Virus record (IMG/VR): IMGVR_UViG_2934965791_000001
Coordinates: 1-64,000 of that record
Reading direction: 5' to 3' (one strand)
From: a virus
Lineage: Duplodnaviria; Caudoviricetes
DNA length: 64,000 nt
This document shows, in pieces, positions 47,895 through 57,381 of the stretch. The notes below the pieces were generated by a model. That model searched no databases. It saw only the letters and a program-made list of their open reading frames with translations, and was not told where the DNA came from. Positions within the stretch are counted from its first letter, which is position 1. Each line of letters opens with the position of its first letter. The position numbers were made by a program, and so were the translations under genes.

Positions 47895-48329
47895 TCAGGC
47901 GCCGGTGGTCCAGTGGGCGGGGACCATGCGGGCCACGAGGGGGTCGTCCATCGGTTCCGGGTCCGGGACTTCGGGGGTGCAGTCGCAGTCCGGAAGGTCC
48001 GCGGGGTTCGGCGCCGTGCACGTGCAGGCGTGGATGAGGGATGCGCCGTCGAGGCTGATCGCGTGGTCGACGCAGGCGTAGACGGTGCGGGTCATGCCGT
48101 CGCCGGTGGGGAGCGGCCCGAAGTCGGGCGCCGGAAGCTGCGGGTCGGCCAGGAGGAGGAGCTGTTCGCGGCGCAGCAACTCGGTCTTGATGACCTCGGT
48201 GACCTCGTCCGCGGTGGGCCGGCGTGCCCAGTTCACGGCCGCCAGTTCGCCGCAGGCCGCGCAGAACGGGCCGGTCGAGACGACCGGGGCCGGGGTGGGC
48301 GCCGGCGGGGCGTCCTCGTCCGTGGTCAT
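47895..48329 (-). CDS. Cys/His-rich hypothetical protein
   Basis: CAAC, ACVDH, HACTC, CDC. Confidence 0.65.
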   Translation of the reverse strand: MTTDEDAPPAPTPAPVVSTGPFCAACGELAAVNWARRPTADEVTEVIKTELLRREQLLLLADPQLPAPDFGPLPTGDGMTRTVYACVDHAISLDGASLIHACTCTAPNPADLPDCDCTPEVPDPEPMDDPLVARMVPAHWTTGA

Positions 48330-48382
48330 GGGGAACCGTGCGGGGACATGGGGCGGGAGGGACAGCACGCGCGGCTCCAGGG

Positions 48383-48703
48383 TCAAGTCACGGCGAGTTG
48401 CCCGACGTTCATGACGGGCTGCTCGGGGTTGTCGGTGATGCGGAGCCACACGGCGTACCGGCCGGCGGCGAGCACGGGCCCGTTGCTGCCGGGGCCGGCC
48501 AAGACCTGGGCGCGGTAGGAGTTGCTGCCGGGGATGGGGTCGATGCCGTCCCAGCCACCCGTGAACCAGGTGGTGGGACGGGCTCCGATCGCGGTGAACG
48601 CGAACTCGACGACGTCCGCAGTCGGGTTGTACGGCTGGCCGGCCACGGTGACGTCGACCATGGCCTGCACGTACTGCCGTGAGTCGCGGTCGATGCCCTG
48701 CAC
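48383..48703 (-). CDS. Small beta-sandwich virion protein
   Basis: GTG with AGGGG RBS; GRYAVWLRITDNPEQPV. Confidence 0.65.
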   Translation of the reverse strand: MQGIDRDSRQYVQAMVDVTVAGQPYNPTADVVEFAFTAIGARPTTWFTGGWDGIDPIPGSNSYRAQVLAGPGSNGPVLAAGRYAVWLRITDNPEQPVMNVGQLAVT

Positions 48704-48711
48704 GGGGCCCC

Positions 48712-51174
48712 CTATTCGTCGGTGTTCCAGCGGCCTCCGGTGAGCCACGCCCGCCAGGTGGCGCTCGGCTGGCTGGCCGTCCAGCGGGTGACCACGCCGA
48801 CCGCGGCGAGGGCGATGTCTTGGAGCGCGCGGACAAGTTGGGTGCCGGTGGCGGCCGTGACGGCGACGCCGGCGGCGAGGAGGAGGGCGAAGACGCGGGC
48901 GATCCCCACGGATCCCGTGACGTGCGCTGTAGTGGCCGCGGACCGGCCGACGCCCCGACGGGTCATGGCGGCGGCGAGGGCGTCCGCGCGGGTTGTCAGG
49001 GCCGCCCCGCGGGTGAGGCTGCCGGTGGTGGTGGCCTGCGCGGTGTAGGTGTGTGCGGCCGCCCGCAGTATCGACACGGCAGACGGGGCGGCGGCCGCGA
49101 GTGTCCGGGCGATGCCGGACCGTACCGCCGTGCCGGCCGTGGCCGTCGCGGTGAACGGGCGGGCCAGGCCGCGGCGGATGCTGCCGACGCCGGCCGCGGC
49201 GCCGGCCATGGTCAGGGCGGCCCAGCGGATGAGGTCGCCGTCGGCGGCGGCCGTCGCCGTGGTGGTGGTGCCGGCGGCGCGGGTGATGTCCGGGTCGGCG
49301 TTCGCCGATCCGGGCAGCAGGGTGCCGACGGCACGCTGTAGGGCGCCGGTACCGCGGCCGCCGACCGTGAAGGTGAGGAGCGCGGTTCGGGCCCAGGTGA
49401 GTGCGCGGGACGCGGTCGCTGCGACCGCCAGAACCATGGCGTACGCGGCGCGGACGGCCAGGCTGGCGGTTGTGGTCGCGGTCGCTGGCAGGGGTCGCGT
49501 GACGTCCCGGTAGAGGTCGCTGTCGGTGGTCGCTTCGGCCGGCAGTGGCGTAGCGATACCGCGGTTGAGGGCGCCGGTCCCCGTGGCCGTCCCGGTGGTG
49601 TGGGTGAGGTCGATGTCCCGCCGGATGGCACGGGTCGCGGCCGCGGTGACGGCGAAGGTGGCGGCCAGGGCGCGGAGGGCGGCCAGGGTGGATCCGACAG
49701 TGCCCGTCACGGCGTAGGTGACGTGCCGTGCCGTGTTGGCCGTCCAGGTCGCGGTGGCGGTGCCGGCCGCGTCCAGGCGCCGGACGACCGCCCGGGCGAT
49801 CGTGCCGGACGCAGTCGCCGTCGCCGTGTAGGCGCGGCCGAGTGTCGCCCGCACGGTGGCGACCGCCGCGGTGTTCGCGGCGGCCGCGTAGGTGCGGGAT
49901 GCGGCCCGACCGATGACGCCGGCGACCGTGGCGGGCACCGCGACGACTTGGCCGAAGGTGCGCCGTAGGGTGCTGGCAGCGGTGGCGGCCGCGGCCAGGG
50001 GCCGGCCCAGTCCGCGGCCGGTCGACGCCGTGCCGGTGCCGGAGGCTAGGAAGTTGAGGCCGGGTATGTAGGTCAGGAGGCCGGCACCGTGCGCGGCCCG
50101 GGCGTGACTGAGGCCCAGACCGCGGGCGAGTGCCGCGCCGGCGGCGCGCGCGGTGGGGAATGCGGCCGTGACCGCTCGGGCCATGCTCGTGTTGCCGGCG
50201 GCACCAGCGGGACAGGGCCGGCCGATGTCGCGGCGGATGCTGCCGGCGCCGCCGGCGGACCCGCGGAGTGCCCGGCTGATGCCGCGGCCGGTGGCGCCGA
50301 TACCGACGGCGGCCGCGACGAACAGGAGCGCCCGCACGGTGGTGTTGACGACGCTCCGCGTGGCCGTCGCCGTCGCGGCCAGCCGAGTGGCGATGCCGCG
50401 GCCGACGGTGGCCGTCGCGGTGGCGGTGCCGGCGCGGACCAGGGCCGCGGCCCGGGTGATCCCCGTGGTGGCCGTCCCGGTCGTCGCCCAGATGGGTCCG
50501 GGCCCGCGACGTAGCGCGGTGGATGAGGAGGCCGCGCCGGCCAGGGTGACCATGCCGATGGCGCGGACGAGGACGCCGCACGTGGCGACGTTGCCCGACG
50601 GGCTCTGCGTGGCGGTCGGTGTCGCCGCGGCGGAGACGGCGGGGTTCCACACGAAACCGTTGCCGGCGGCCGTCACGGTGTACGTGAAGCCGGACGTCGA
50701 GCCGGCTACCACGGTGTTCGTGACGTACGCGTACCCGATGTAGAGCTCTGACCCGGCGGCCGGGGTGAGCGTGGGCCAGGTGACGGCCGTGGTGGTGGGG
50801 GCGGAGGTGCTGCCGCCCGTTCCGTCGCTGACCCAGGCCGTGTTGGCGAGGCTGGAGGTGAACTGTTCGGCGCACAGCTCGATCGCGACGCCGGTCACGT
50901 CGGAGTTGAAGGTGACGGTGATGGTGGCCGGGGTCGTCGACGTGATCTGGCCGAGCCAGATCTCGATGGTGCCGTTGACGACGGCCTGCGACACCGTCGC
51001 AATCTTCGTCCAGGTCGCGGGGCCGCCGCCGGTGACGGACGAGGTGCCGATGTACTGGTCGGCGACACGGACGATGAGGACCCAGGCGTTGCCCACCACG
51101 GCGCCGGACACGCTCAGGGTGGAGATGCCGCTACCGCGGTTCTGCTGGAGGCTGCCGACGGCGGAGATCGTCAC
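48712..51174 (-). CDS. Fibre-like virion protein with ~18-aa Ala/Thr/Arg repeats
   Basis: ~220-aa beta-rich head, then units such as TATATATVGRGIATRLAA and SAGGAGSIRRDIGRPCPA. Confidence 0.75.
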   Translation of the reverse strand: MTISAVGSLQQNRGSGISTLSVSGAVVGNAWVLIVRVADQYIGTSSVTGGGPATWTKIATVSQAVVNGTIEIWLGQITSTTPATITVTFNSDVTGVAIELCAEQFTSSLANTAWVSDGTGGSTSAPTTTAVTWPTLTPAAGSELYIGYAYVTNTVVAGSTSGFTYTVTAAGNGFVWNPAVSAAATPTATQSPSGNVATCGVLVRAIGMVTLAGAASSSTALRRGPGPIWATTGTATTGITRAAALVRAGTATATATVGRGIATRLAATATATRSVVNTTVRALLFVAAAVGIGATGRGISRALRGSAGGAGSIRRDIGRPCPAGAAGNTSMARAVTAAFPTARAAGAALARGLGLSHARAAHGAGLLTYIPGLNFLASGTGTASTGRGLGRPLAAAATAASTLRRTFGQVVAVPATVAGVIGRAASRTYAAAANTAAVATVRATLGRAYTATATASGTIARAVVRRLDAAGTATATWTANTARHVTYAVTGTVGSTLAALRALAATFAVTAAATRAIRRDIDLTHTTGTATGTGALNRGIATPLPAEATTDSDLYRDVTRPLPATATTTASLAVRAAYAMVLAVAATASRALTWARTALLTFTVGGRGTGALQRAVGTLLPGSANADPDITRAAGTTTTATAAADGDLIRWAALTMAGAAAGVGSIRRGLARPFTATATAGTAVRSGIARTLAAAAPSAVSILRAAAHTYTAQATTTGSLTRGAALTTRADALAAAMTRRGVGRSAATTAHVTGSVGIARVFALLLAAGVAVTAATGTQLVRALQDIALAAVGVVTRWTASQPSATWRAWLTGGRWNTDE

Positions 51175-51200
51175 GGCTCACCTCCCGCCGGCGGGGTCGG

Positions 51201-51839
51201 TCAGGAGAAGCTGAGCTTCGTGGTGGCCGTGAGGGTGTCGTTCGAGTTGAGGGCGAGGCCCGTGAACGACGAGTGGACGAGCAGCGACCCGTTCGACACG
51301 GCGGACGACCCGGGGGCGTTGCCGCCGGTGACCGTGGCGCCGCCGGAGTGGGTCGCCGCGGTGCTGCCGTTGACGCCGCGGGTCACGGTCCACGTGGTGG
51401 TGCCCTGACCGGCGGTGACGGTCATGACCTCGGAGTCGATCTGGATGTTGTAGTTGCCCGAGCTGGGGAAACCGGCTGCCGAGGTCACGGTGATGGACGT
51501 GGCGCTGGTGGTCGAGATCGCGGCGGACAGCGTGGTCGCCGCCGGCTTCGACGCCGAGTCGGACAGGAACGTCTCGGTGATGGTCTGGCTGCTCGCGCTG
51601 GTCAGCGTGCCGGCGACCTGGTAGGTGTCGTTCGTGCTGCTGGTCGTCACCTGGCTGGACGTGCCGGCGACGCGGGCCTCGGCCGCCTCCTGGAAGGGGG
51701 CGATGTCCGTTGCCGCGGCGGTGCCGGCGCCGATGCCCCAGCCGACGTTCTTCGGTTCGGCCTGGGACGGGGTGGCGCCGATGAGTCGGCTGGCGACGAT
51801 CTCGCGGCCCTTGCTGGTGAATGCGACCGTGGTGGCCAT
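51201..51839 (-). CDS. Virion structural protein (fibre base-like)
   Basis: TSKGR..GWGIGAGTAAATD..E..R, ITET; AAGGAG RBS. Confidence 0.7.
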   Translation of the reverse strand: MATTVAFTSKGREIVASRLIGATPSQAEPKNVGWGIGAGTAAATDIAPFQEAAEARVAGTSSQVTTSSTNDTYQVAGTLTSASSQTITETFLSDSASKPAATTLSAAISTTSATSITVTSAAGFPSSGNYNIQIDSEVMTVTAGQGTTTWTVTRGVNGSTAATHSGGATVTGGNAPGSSAVSNGSLLVHSSFTGLALNSNDTLTATTKLSFS

Positions 51840-51841
51840 TG

Positions 51842-52063
51842 CTACTCCTTGGCGGCCCGTGCCGCGTCTCGGTTAGCCGCTGCTGCGCGGCGGTTGAAGC
51901 GGGGCTGGCCCCAGAGGCGCCACCACAGGCGGCGGAGGGGGTTGCGGTGCCAGTAGACGCCGCGGCCGAGGTCGATGACCGTGCCGTCGGCGCGGGTGAT
52001 GACGAAGTAGGTCTCGGCGACTCGGTGCGACGCCTTCGTGGTCGGCTCGGTCGTCTCGGTCAT
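51842..52063 (-). CDS. Small hypothetical protein
   Basis: VITRADGTVIDLG..YWHRNPLRR; ATGA-coupled. Confidence 0.65.
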   Translation of the reverse strand: MTETTEPTTKASHRVAETYFVITRADGTVIDLGRGVYWHRNPLRRLWWRLWGQPRFNRRAAAANRDAARAAKE

Positions 52064-52272
52064 GACGCCTTCCGGCTGGTCGCGGTGTGTGCGTCGGCGA
52101 TGTGCCGACGCCATGAGGAGAGGTCGACCGAGATCGTGACGACGAGGTCGGGGATGGTGCCGGCCTCGGTCTCACCGGGGCCGACGGCCGTCTCCCGGAC
52201 GGGTACGTCGACGACGGTGTCTGGGCAGACCGGGCAGTCGATGGGCACGTGCGTGCCGAGTAGCGCCGCCAC
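52060..52272 (-). CDS. Small CxxC/HxxxH protein
   Basis: CPVC..HIADAH; AAGGAG RBS. Confidence 0.6.
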   Translation of the reverse strand: MAALLGTHVPIDCPVCPDTVVDVPVRETAVGPGETEAGTIPDLVVTISVDLSSWRRHIADAHTATSRKAS

Positions 52273-52292
52273 GGCGTGGACTCCTTGAGGGG

Positions 52293-53915
52293 TTAGGGCT
52301 GCTGGCCGCGGAAGCGGGCGTCACGCATGCGCTTGCGGATGGCGGCCGGGTCCTCCGTCAGGGCGTCCCACGGGTCGACGATCGGCGCGTCCGTGACCGC
52401 CTCCGGGGCGGCAGGCGGTTCGGGTACGGCCGTCCCTTCGGCCTTCGCCCGGTAGTGGTTGATCCACGCGTGCGCGCCGGTCTGGTCGAGGAGGAGGTAC
52501 GCCAGGGCCTGGCTGGTCGCGTCGACCATGTCGTCATGTGCGGCGTTCGGGAACGCCGCCGCCTCGTCGATGAGTTCGTCGGGGTCGAACAGCGCGATAT
52601 CCGTCTCCGGCACGAACGCGTTGCCAGCCTCCAGGACCGGGGAGACGGCGTTCGCCCGGGCGTACTTCGACTCGGTCGGCGTGACCGCGATGATCCCGGG
52701 GATTTTGCTCTTGAGGGTCGAGATCACGGCGGTGCCGTTCGCCTTGTCCTCGACCAACTTCGCAGTGGCCTGCGGCCAGCGCCGCACCATCGCCTCGAAC
52801 GCGGCGAGGGTGTCCGTGAAGCTGAGTCGCTTACGGATCTGGTCGAGGAGGTAGACGTTCGCACCCTTGCGGGCCCAGACCTGGCCGACGACGTAGTCAC
52901 TCGACTTCGTGTCCTTGAAGGCCATGTCCCAGCTCATGATCAGCTGGTCGAACTCGTCGACGCGGTATGCCTCGGCGGCCGCGGCGGCCTGCGACCACAG
53001 CGGGACGCCGTAGCGGCGCCACCACTGCCGCTTCCAGACGTCACCGGCGGTCGGGGACGGCCGGCCCTGGTAGAGGCTGGTCCAGGTGCGACTACCGACG
53101 TCCTGCCGCGTGTCTTCCCAGTCCTTCGGCGTACGGCCGCGGGACGAGACGAGGTATTCGCCGGGGGCACGACCGAGGGCGTCGGTCTGCCCCTTGTTCG
53201 GGTCGTGGTCGGCCTGTGCCGGCACGTTGATGTGTCGCCACTCGCCGCGCACGTCTTGGGCAAGGAGCCGGCCGGCGAGGTCGTCTTCGTGCCATCGGGT
53301 GAGTACGACGATGACGACGGTGTCCGGGCCGAAGCGGGTACGGGCGGTGTCGGTCCAGAAGTCCCACACCCGCTCGCGGAACACGAGCGACTCGGCCTGG
53401 GCGCGGTCCTTGATCGGGTCGTCGATGATGAGGATGTCGACGGGCCGGCCGGTCAGGGCGCCCTGGACGCCGACGGAGTAGACGCCGCCGGCGTGGTCCT
53501 GGATCTGCCACTCGGCCGCCGACGCGGTGTCCCGGCTGATCCGCAGCCCGAACTTGTCGGGGTTCGATGCGATGTCGTTTCGGATCGCGCGGCCCCACCG
53601 TCGGGCGGTGCCGAGTTCGTACGACGCGATAGCGATTCGCTTGTCTGGGTCGCGTGCGAGCACCCAGGCCGGGAAGGTGCGTGATACCCGCTGGCTCTTG
53701 CCCTCCTGCGGGGGCATGGTCCAGATGAGGCGCCTGGTGCGGCCCTCTGCGGCGTCGATGAGGTTCTGGTCGAGGAGCGCGAGCGCCGGCGTCAGGACGA
53801 TGCGGGGGTCGAGTTCCCGGGCGAGGTCGTGTGGGGTCGGGTAGCGGTCGACGGCGTCGCTACGTCCTTCGAGCCGGTCGGCGGCGAGTGCGAGCGCGTC
53901 CATGTCGCTGGACAC
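52293..53915 (-). CDS. terL: Terminase large subunit
   Basis: MPPQEGKS, LIIDDPIK, TRWHEDDLAG, SWDMA, EDKANG, FPNAAHDDMVDA. Confidence 0.96.
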   Translation of the reverse strand: MSSDMDALALAADRLEGRSDAVDRYPTPHDLARELDPRIVLTPALALLDQNLIDAAEGRTRRLIWTMPPQEGKSQRVSRTFPAWVLARDPDKRIAIASYELGTARRWGRAIRNDIASNPDKFGLRISRDTASAAEWQIQDHAGGVYSVGVQGALTGRPVDILIIDDPIKDRAQAESLVFRERVWDFWTDTARTRFGPDTVVIVVLTRWHEDDLAGRLLAQDVRGEWRHINVPAQADHDPNKGQTDALGRAPGEYLVSSRGRTPKDWEDTRQDVGSRTWTSLYQGRPSPTAGDVWKRQWWRRYGVPLWSQAAAAAEAYRVDEFDQLIMSWDMAFKDTKSSDYVVGQVWARKGANVYLLDQIRKRLSFTDTLAAFEAMVRRWPQATAKLVEDKANGTAVISTLKSKIPGIIAVTPTESKYARANAVSPVLEAGNAFVPETDIALFDPDELIDEAAAFPNAAHDDMVDATSQALAYLLLDQTGAHAWINHYRAKAEGTAVPEPPAAPEAVTDAPIVDPWDALTEDPAAIRKRMRDARFRGQQP

Positions 53916-53939
53916 CTCGGGCGCCTCCTCCCCGGGGTG

Positions 53940-54407
53940 TTACTCGCCGATGAGGGCGGTGTGGAGGGTGTCGAGGACACCGATCACGTCGGGGATGCGC
54001 ATGAAGTCCATGGACATGTCCACGAGGTCGCCTTCGACGACCTTGACCTCCCACTCGCCGCCGAAGTCCTCGTCGCACCAGTAGTAGGTGCCTGCGCCGG
54101 CGGCGGCGATGCCGTCGGGGGCGTGGTCGAACCAGCCCTTCCCCATCAACGTGTCGAGGGCATCGGCGACCGGCTGCTTCGGCATGCCGCGGAACTCAAG
54201 GGTTCCGCGGGCCTGGTCGTCGACGCACACGGTGCCCTCGCCGAGGCCGTCTTGCTCCCAGTTCATCCGGAGGTCGCAGCACCCGGTGGGGTACGGCATC
54301 CGTTGGAGGGGTGGGAACGCCGCGGTGGCGGCGCTGACGGCCGCCTCCTGCTGGGTCCGGAAGGCGTGTTCCCACTCGTCGAGGGCGAGTTCGGCTTCGA
54401 GTTGCAA
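53940..54407 (-). CDS. Acidic hypothetical protein
   Basis: TTG start after GGAG; lies between terS and terL. Confidence 0.65.
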   Translation of the reverse strand: MQLEAELALDEWEHAFRTQQEAAVSAATAAFPPLQRMPYPTGCCDLRMNWEQDGLGEGTVCVDDQARGTLEFRGMPKQPVADALDTLMGKGWFDHAPDGIAAAGAGTYYWCDEDFGGEWEVKVVEGDLVDMSMDFMRIPDVIGVLDTLHTALIGE

Positions 54408-54437
54408 GGTGGTGCTCCGAGGGGTGGTGCGGGTGTT

Positions 54438-55028
54438 CTAGACGGCGCGCAGGTGCCGGGCGGCGGCCTTGCGGGCGTCGTCCGCTTGCTGGCCGGTGAC
54501 GCCGGCCGCGGCGAGTGCCGCCTCAATAGCGGAGACGAGGGCGTCGGCCTGGCGTTCGGTGACGCGGGCCATCCGGTCCTCGATGTTGAGCTTGGCGATC
54601 ATGCCGAGGACGTGTCCGGTGCGGTCCATCGCCCGCTCGTACAGGGCGATCTCGGCGCGCAGTTGCTCGGACCCCGACGCGCCCTCGTAGCGGAGGCGGT
54701 CGCCGAGGTCGTTGACGATGCTGCTGATGGCCTCCTGCCAGGCGAGCACCTGGCCAGCGAGCCGGGACAGCGCGGCGAACGGGTCGGCGACCGGGGCGAC
54801 GTCGAGGGTGGCGAGTACCTGCCGGGCCTCGGCGTCGGCCATCTCCGCGCGGGCGCTGGTGCGTTGTGTGCGGGTGTTGCCGCCGTGGAGCCGGCAGTGG
54901 CCGAAGCCGACGTGGTCGGTGCCCCAGCCGGCGACGAACGTGCACGTCTCGCCAGGCTTGCCCTGCCTCTTCTGCGCGCCGCACTTCGGGCCGTCGCCGC
55001 TGGCGTGCTGCGGCCGCATGCTGGTCAC
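54438..55028 (-). CDS. HGGxSTG-domain protein, putative terminase small subunit
   Basis: CGAQKR..C..GHCRLHGGNT; upstream of terL. Confidence 0.75.
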   Translation of the reverse strand: MTSMRPQHASGDGPKCGAQKRQGKPGETCTFVAGWGTDHVGFGHCRLHGGNTRTQRTSARAEMADAEARQVLATLDVAPVADPFAALSRLAGQVLAWQEAISSIVNDLGDRLRYEGASGSEQLRAEIALYERAMDRTGHVLGMIAKLNIEDRMARVTERQADALVSAIEAALAAAGVTGQQADDARKAAARHLRAV

Positions 55029-55336
55029 TCTCGGCTCCGCTGGTTGAGGCGGAGCATGCGAACCCGGCGGTCACCGATGTTCAGGGCCGTCGAGACGGCG
55101 CCGAGGTCGCCCTTCATCGCGGCGCCCCACACAGCGGCTTGGAGCCGGTCGAGGCGTAGCACCTCAAGGACCCGGAGCGGGTCCATGGGCATCCCGTCGA
55201 ACTGGGTGTCGGCGGCCGCGGTGGCGGCGTCGAGGGCATCGGCGGCGTCGGCGTAGTCGAGCTTGTCGGCGATGGTCTGCCAGTCGACGCCGGCGAGGCG
55301 GAGGGTGAGGGCCTGGACGGCGCGCTCGTCGGACAC
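55025..55336 (-). CDS. HTH protein resembling actinophage small terminases
   Basis: ALTLRLAGVDWQTIADKLDY..RLDRLQAAVW..GDLGAV..DRRVRML. Confidence 0.7.
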   Translation of the reverse strand: MSDERAVQALTLRLAGVDWQTIADKLDYADAADALDAATAAADTQFDGMPMDPLRVLEVLRLDRLQAAVWGAAMKGDLGAVSTALNIGDRRVRMLRLNQRSRE

Positions 55337-55420
55337 GGCGGGCCTCCGTGATGGGGAAACGCCCGCGGCCCGCTCCCCCGGTGTCGGGGGGCGGGCCGCG
55401 CGGGCGGGGCTGTTCGGTTG

Positions 55421-55681
55421 TCAGTAGGTGCCGAGGCGGGGTCCGTAGTCCTCGCCGGTCAGCTCCCGGTACCGCTTGCACGCCTCGATGTAGATCGCGC
55501 CCTCTTTGAAGCGCATCCGGGCCGGGCTGCCGCCGACGCGGTCGAGGACCGTGCGGAACGTGTCGAGGTCGGGGGCGTCGGCGGCGGTCATACGGCGCAG
55601 GGCGGCATAGTCGGGGTTCGCGGCGATGCCGTTACGGCTCGGCCGACGGGTCCCCATCGTCAGTTCGCGGGCGCGTCCCAT
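55421..55681 (-). CDS. Small hypothetical protein
   Basis: AGGGAG RBS; 86 aa. Confidence 0.55.
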   Translation of the reverse strand: MGRARELTMGTRRPSRNGIAANPDYAALRRMTAADAPDLDTFRTVLDRVGGSPARMRFKEGAIYIEACKRYRELTGEDYGPRLGTY

Positions 55682-55745
55682 CGCAATTCTCCCTGTTCAA
55701 GCTGCTGTCGTGTAGCTACAGCTTGGGGGAGGATCGGGCGGCTTC

Positions 55746-57314
55746 TCAAGCCGCTTCGGGGAGTTCTTCGGCCTCGGAAAACGCCTCGTCGACGCCGTCG
55801 GGAAGGTGCACGTCGACCTCGCCGCATGCCTTCGTGGCCTCGGCCCGGTTGCCCTTGCAGAACACGATGAAGTCCTGGTGGGTACGGGCGAGACCGCGGG
55901 TGCCGGCGAAGGTGCGGCCGGCCATGACGGCGGCCGTACCGACGGGGCTGACGAGGACGGCACCGGAGGCGTAGGTGAGGCCAGCCGCGACGCCGGCCCG
56001 GATGGTGGAGCCGCGGAGGTCGTGGAGGGCGCCGCGGTTGTCGCGGGCGTCGCCGGTGACGAACACGGCGAACCGGTTCGGCTTCAGCGCCCGGGTGACG
56101 CCGGCGATGATCCGCGCGTACACCTCGTCGAACCCGTCGTACGACATGGAGGACAGGTCAGCGGGGTTCTCGCTGTACTCCTCAAGGTCGTAGTACGGCG
56201 GGCACGTGAACACCATGTCGGCACTGTTCGGTTCGAGGGTCTTCACCCACTCCGCGCTGTCGCCGATCGTCCAGGAGGGGTCGGCGGCCAGCATCCGGCG
56301 GTTCGTGAACTCGTCGCGCTGCTCACGGTTGCTCTCGACCTGCTCGGGGCGGAGGTCGTTGCCGCGGTACGGACGGCCGAGGATGCCGGCGACGATGCCG
56401 CGGACGGATCCGCCAGCGAACGGGTCGAGGATCGTGCCACCGGCCGGGGAGAACCAGCGGTACGCCAACTCGCACAGGACGGGATCGAACACGGACGTTC
56501 CGGAGGCAACCGCGTCGTCCGGGCGAACGTAGTGGTCGGCCTCGAACTCCGCCGACGTCAGCGGCCGGCCGAGCGCCTGCTCGACGGCCCGCTTCTTGTC
56601 GTAGTACTTCGGGTCGGCCTTCGCCATGCCCTCGAAGACGAGGTTGTCGCCGCGTCCGACTTCGGACCGCATGCCGAGGGACAGCCACTGTCGCTTGCGG
56701 GTGCGCCACCATCCCTGGCGGGCGTCGAGGACGTCGAACGGCGGGATGAGGAACCGGTCCGCGAGGGTGGGGTTCTCGGCCGGCTCGTCGTCGGCGGCGC
56801 CGTCGCCGCTGGAGTCGTCGCCGAGGTCGTCGAGGTCGGGCGGGGTGATGAGCGCCATGACCTCGTCGTCGCTGTAGCCGGTGCCCTCGTGGTCGCCGTC
56901 GAGGTAGGAGAGGAGTTCGGCAAGCGCGTCGTTGTCGTACCCGCCGAGTTCGGCCAGCCGGTTGTCGGCGATGTTAATACGCCGGGCCTCGTCGTCGTCG
57001 CAGACGATGATCTCGCAGCGGGCGGTCGTACCGTCCCACGCGCCGCCGGCACACATCGCGCACGGGTGCTTTTCGTCGTCGGCGTACTGGCACCGGTCAG
57101 GGCCATGCAGTTGCAGGGCCTGCATGGTGTGGTTGCCGGCGAGGACGATGAGCGGGCCGCCGGGGATCTTCCGGACGACGAGGCCGCGGTACTGGCCGTT
57201 CCGGCGGAGGCTCTTGAGGATCTCGGGCGGGTTGCCGCGCTTGGCGTTACCCGGGAACGGGGTCAGTTCGTCGAGGGGGACGTCTCGGGTCTCAACGTAG
57301 ACGGCGCCGGGCAT
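55746..57314 (-). CDS. ParB-like N-terminal domain fused to DNA methyltransferase (N6-A/N4-C type)
   Basis: LAGNHT, IADNR (ParB/Srx); SVFDPVL, LDPFAGGSVRG, FTCPPYY. Confidence 0.9.
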   Translation of the reverse strand: MPGAVYVETRDVPLDELTPFPGNAKRGNPPEILKSLRRNGQYRGLVVRKIPGGPLIVLAGNHTMQALQLHGPDRCQYADDEKHPCAMCAGGAWDGTTARCEIIVCDDDEARRINIADNRLAELGGYDNDALAELLSYLDGDHEGTGYSDDEVMALITPPDLDDLGDDSSGDGAADDEPAENPTLADRFLIPPFDVLDARQGWWRTRKRQWLSLGMRSEVGRGDNLVFEGMAKADPKYYDKKRAVEQALGRPLTSAEFEADHYVRPDDAVASGTSVFDPVLCELAYRWFSPAGGTILDPFAGGSVRGIVAGILGRPYRGNDLRPEQVESNREQRDEFTNRRMLAADPSWTIGDSAEWVKTLEPNSADMVFTCPPYYDLEEYSENPADLSSMSYDGFDEVYARIIAGVTRALKPNRFAVFVTGDARDNRGALHDLRGSTIRAGVAAGLTYASGAVLVSPVGTAAVMAGRTFAGTRGLARTHQDFIVFCKGNRAEATKACGEVDVHLPDGVDEAFSEAEELPEAA

Positions 57315-57350
57315 GCGTGGGTCTCCCGTGAGGGGTCGGGGAACGAAGAA

Positions 57351-57373
57351 GCCCCGGCCACAAGGGCCGGGGC
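57351..57373 (-). terminator. Hairpin downstream of tRNA-Trp
   Basis: GCCCCGGCC / GGCCGGGGC followed by TTCTTCGTT on the minus strand. Confidence 0.6.
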
Positions 57374-57381
57374 GGATTCTG

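Noticed and set aside
48712-51174. CRISPR array or DGR-type repeat in the repetitive region
   Set aside because: Repeats are degenerate and protein-level. No spacer-separated DNA repeats, cas genes or reverse transcriptase were seen anywhere in the window.
55746-57314. ParABS partition system
   Set aside because: The ParB-like domain is fused to a methyltransferase, a common phage arrangement, and no ParA ATPase is seen in the window.
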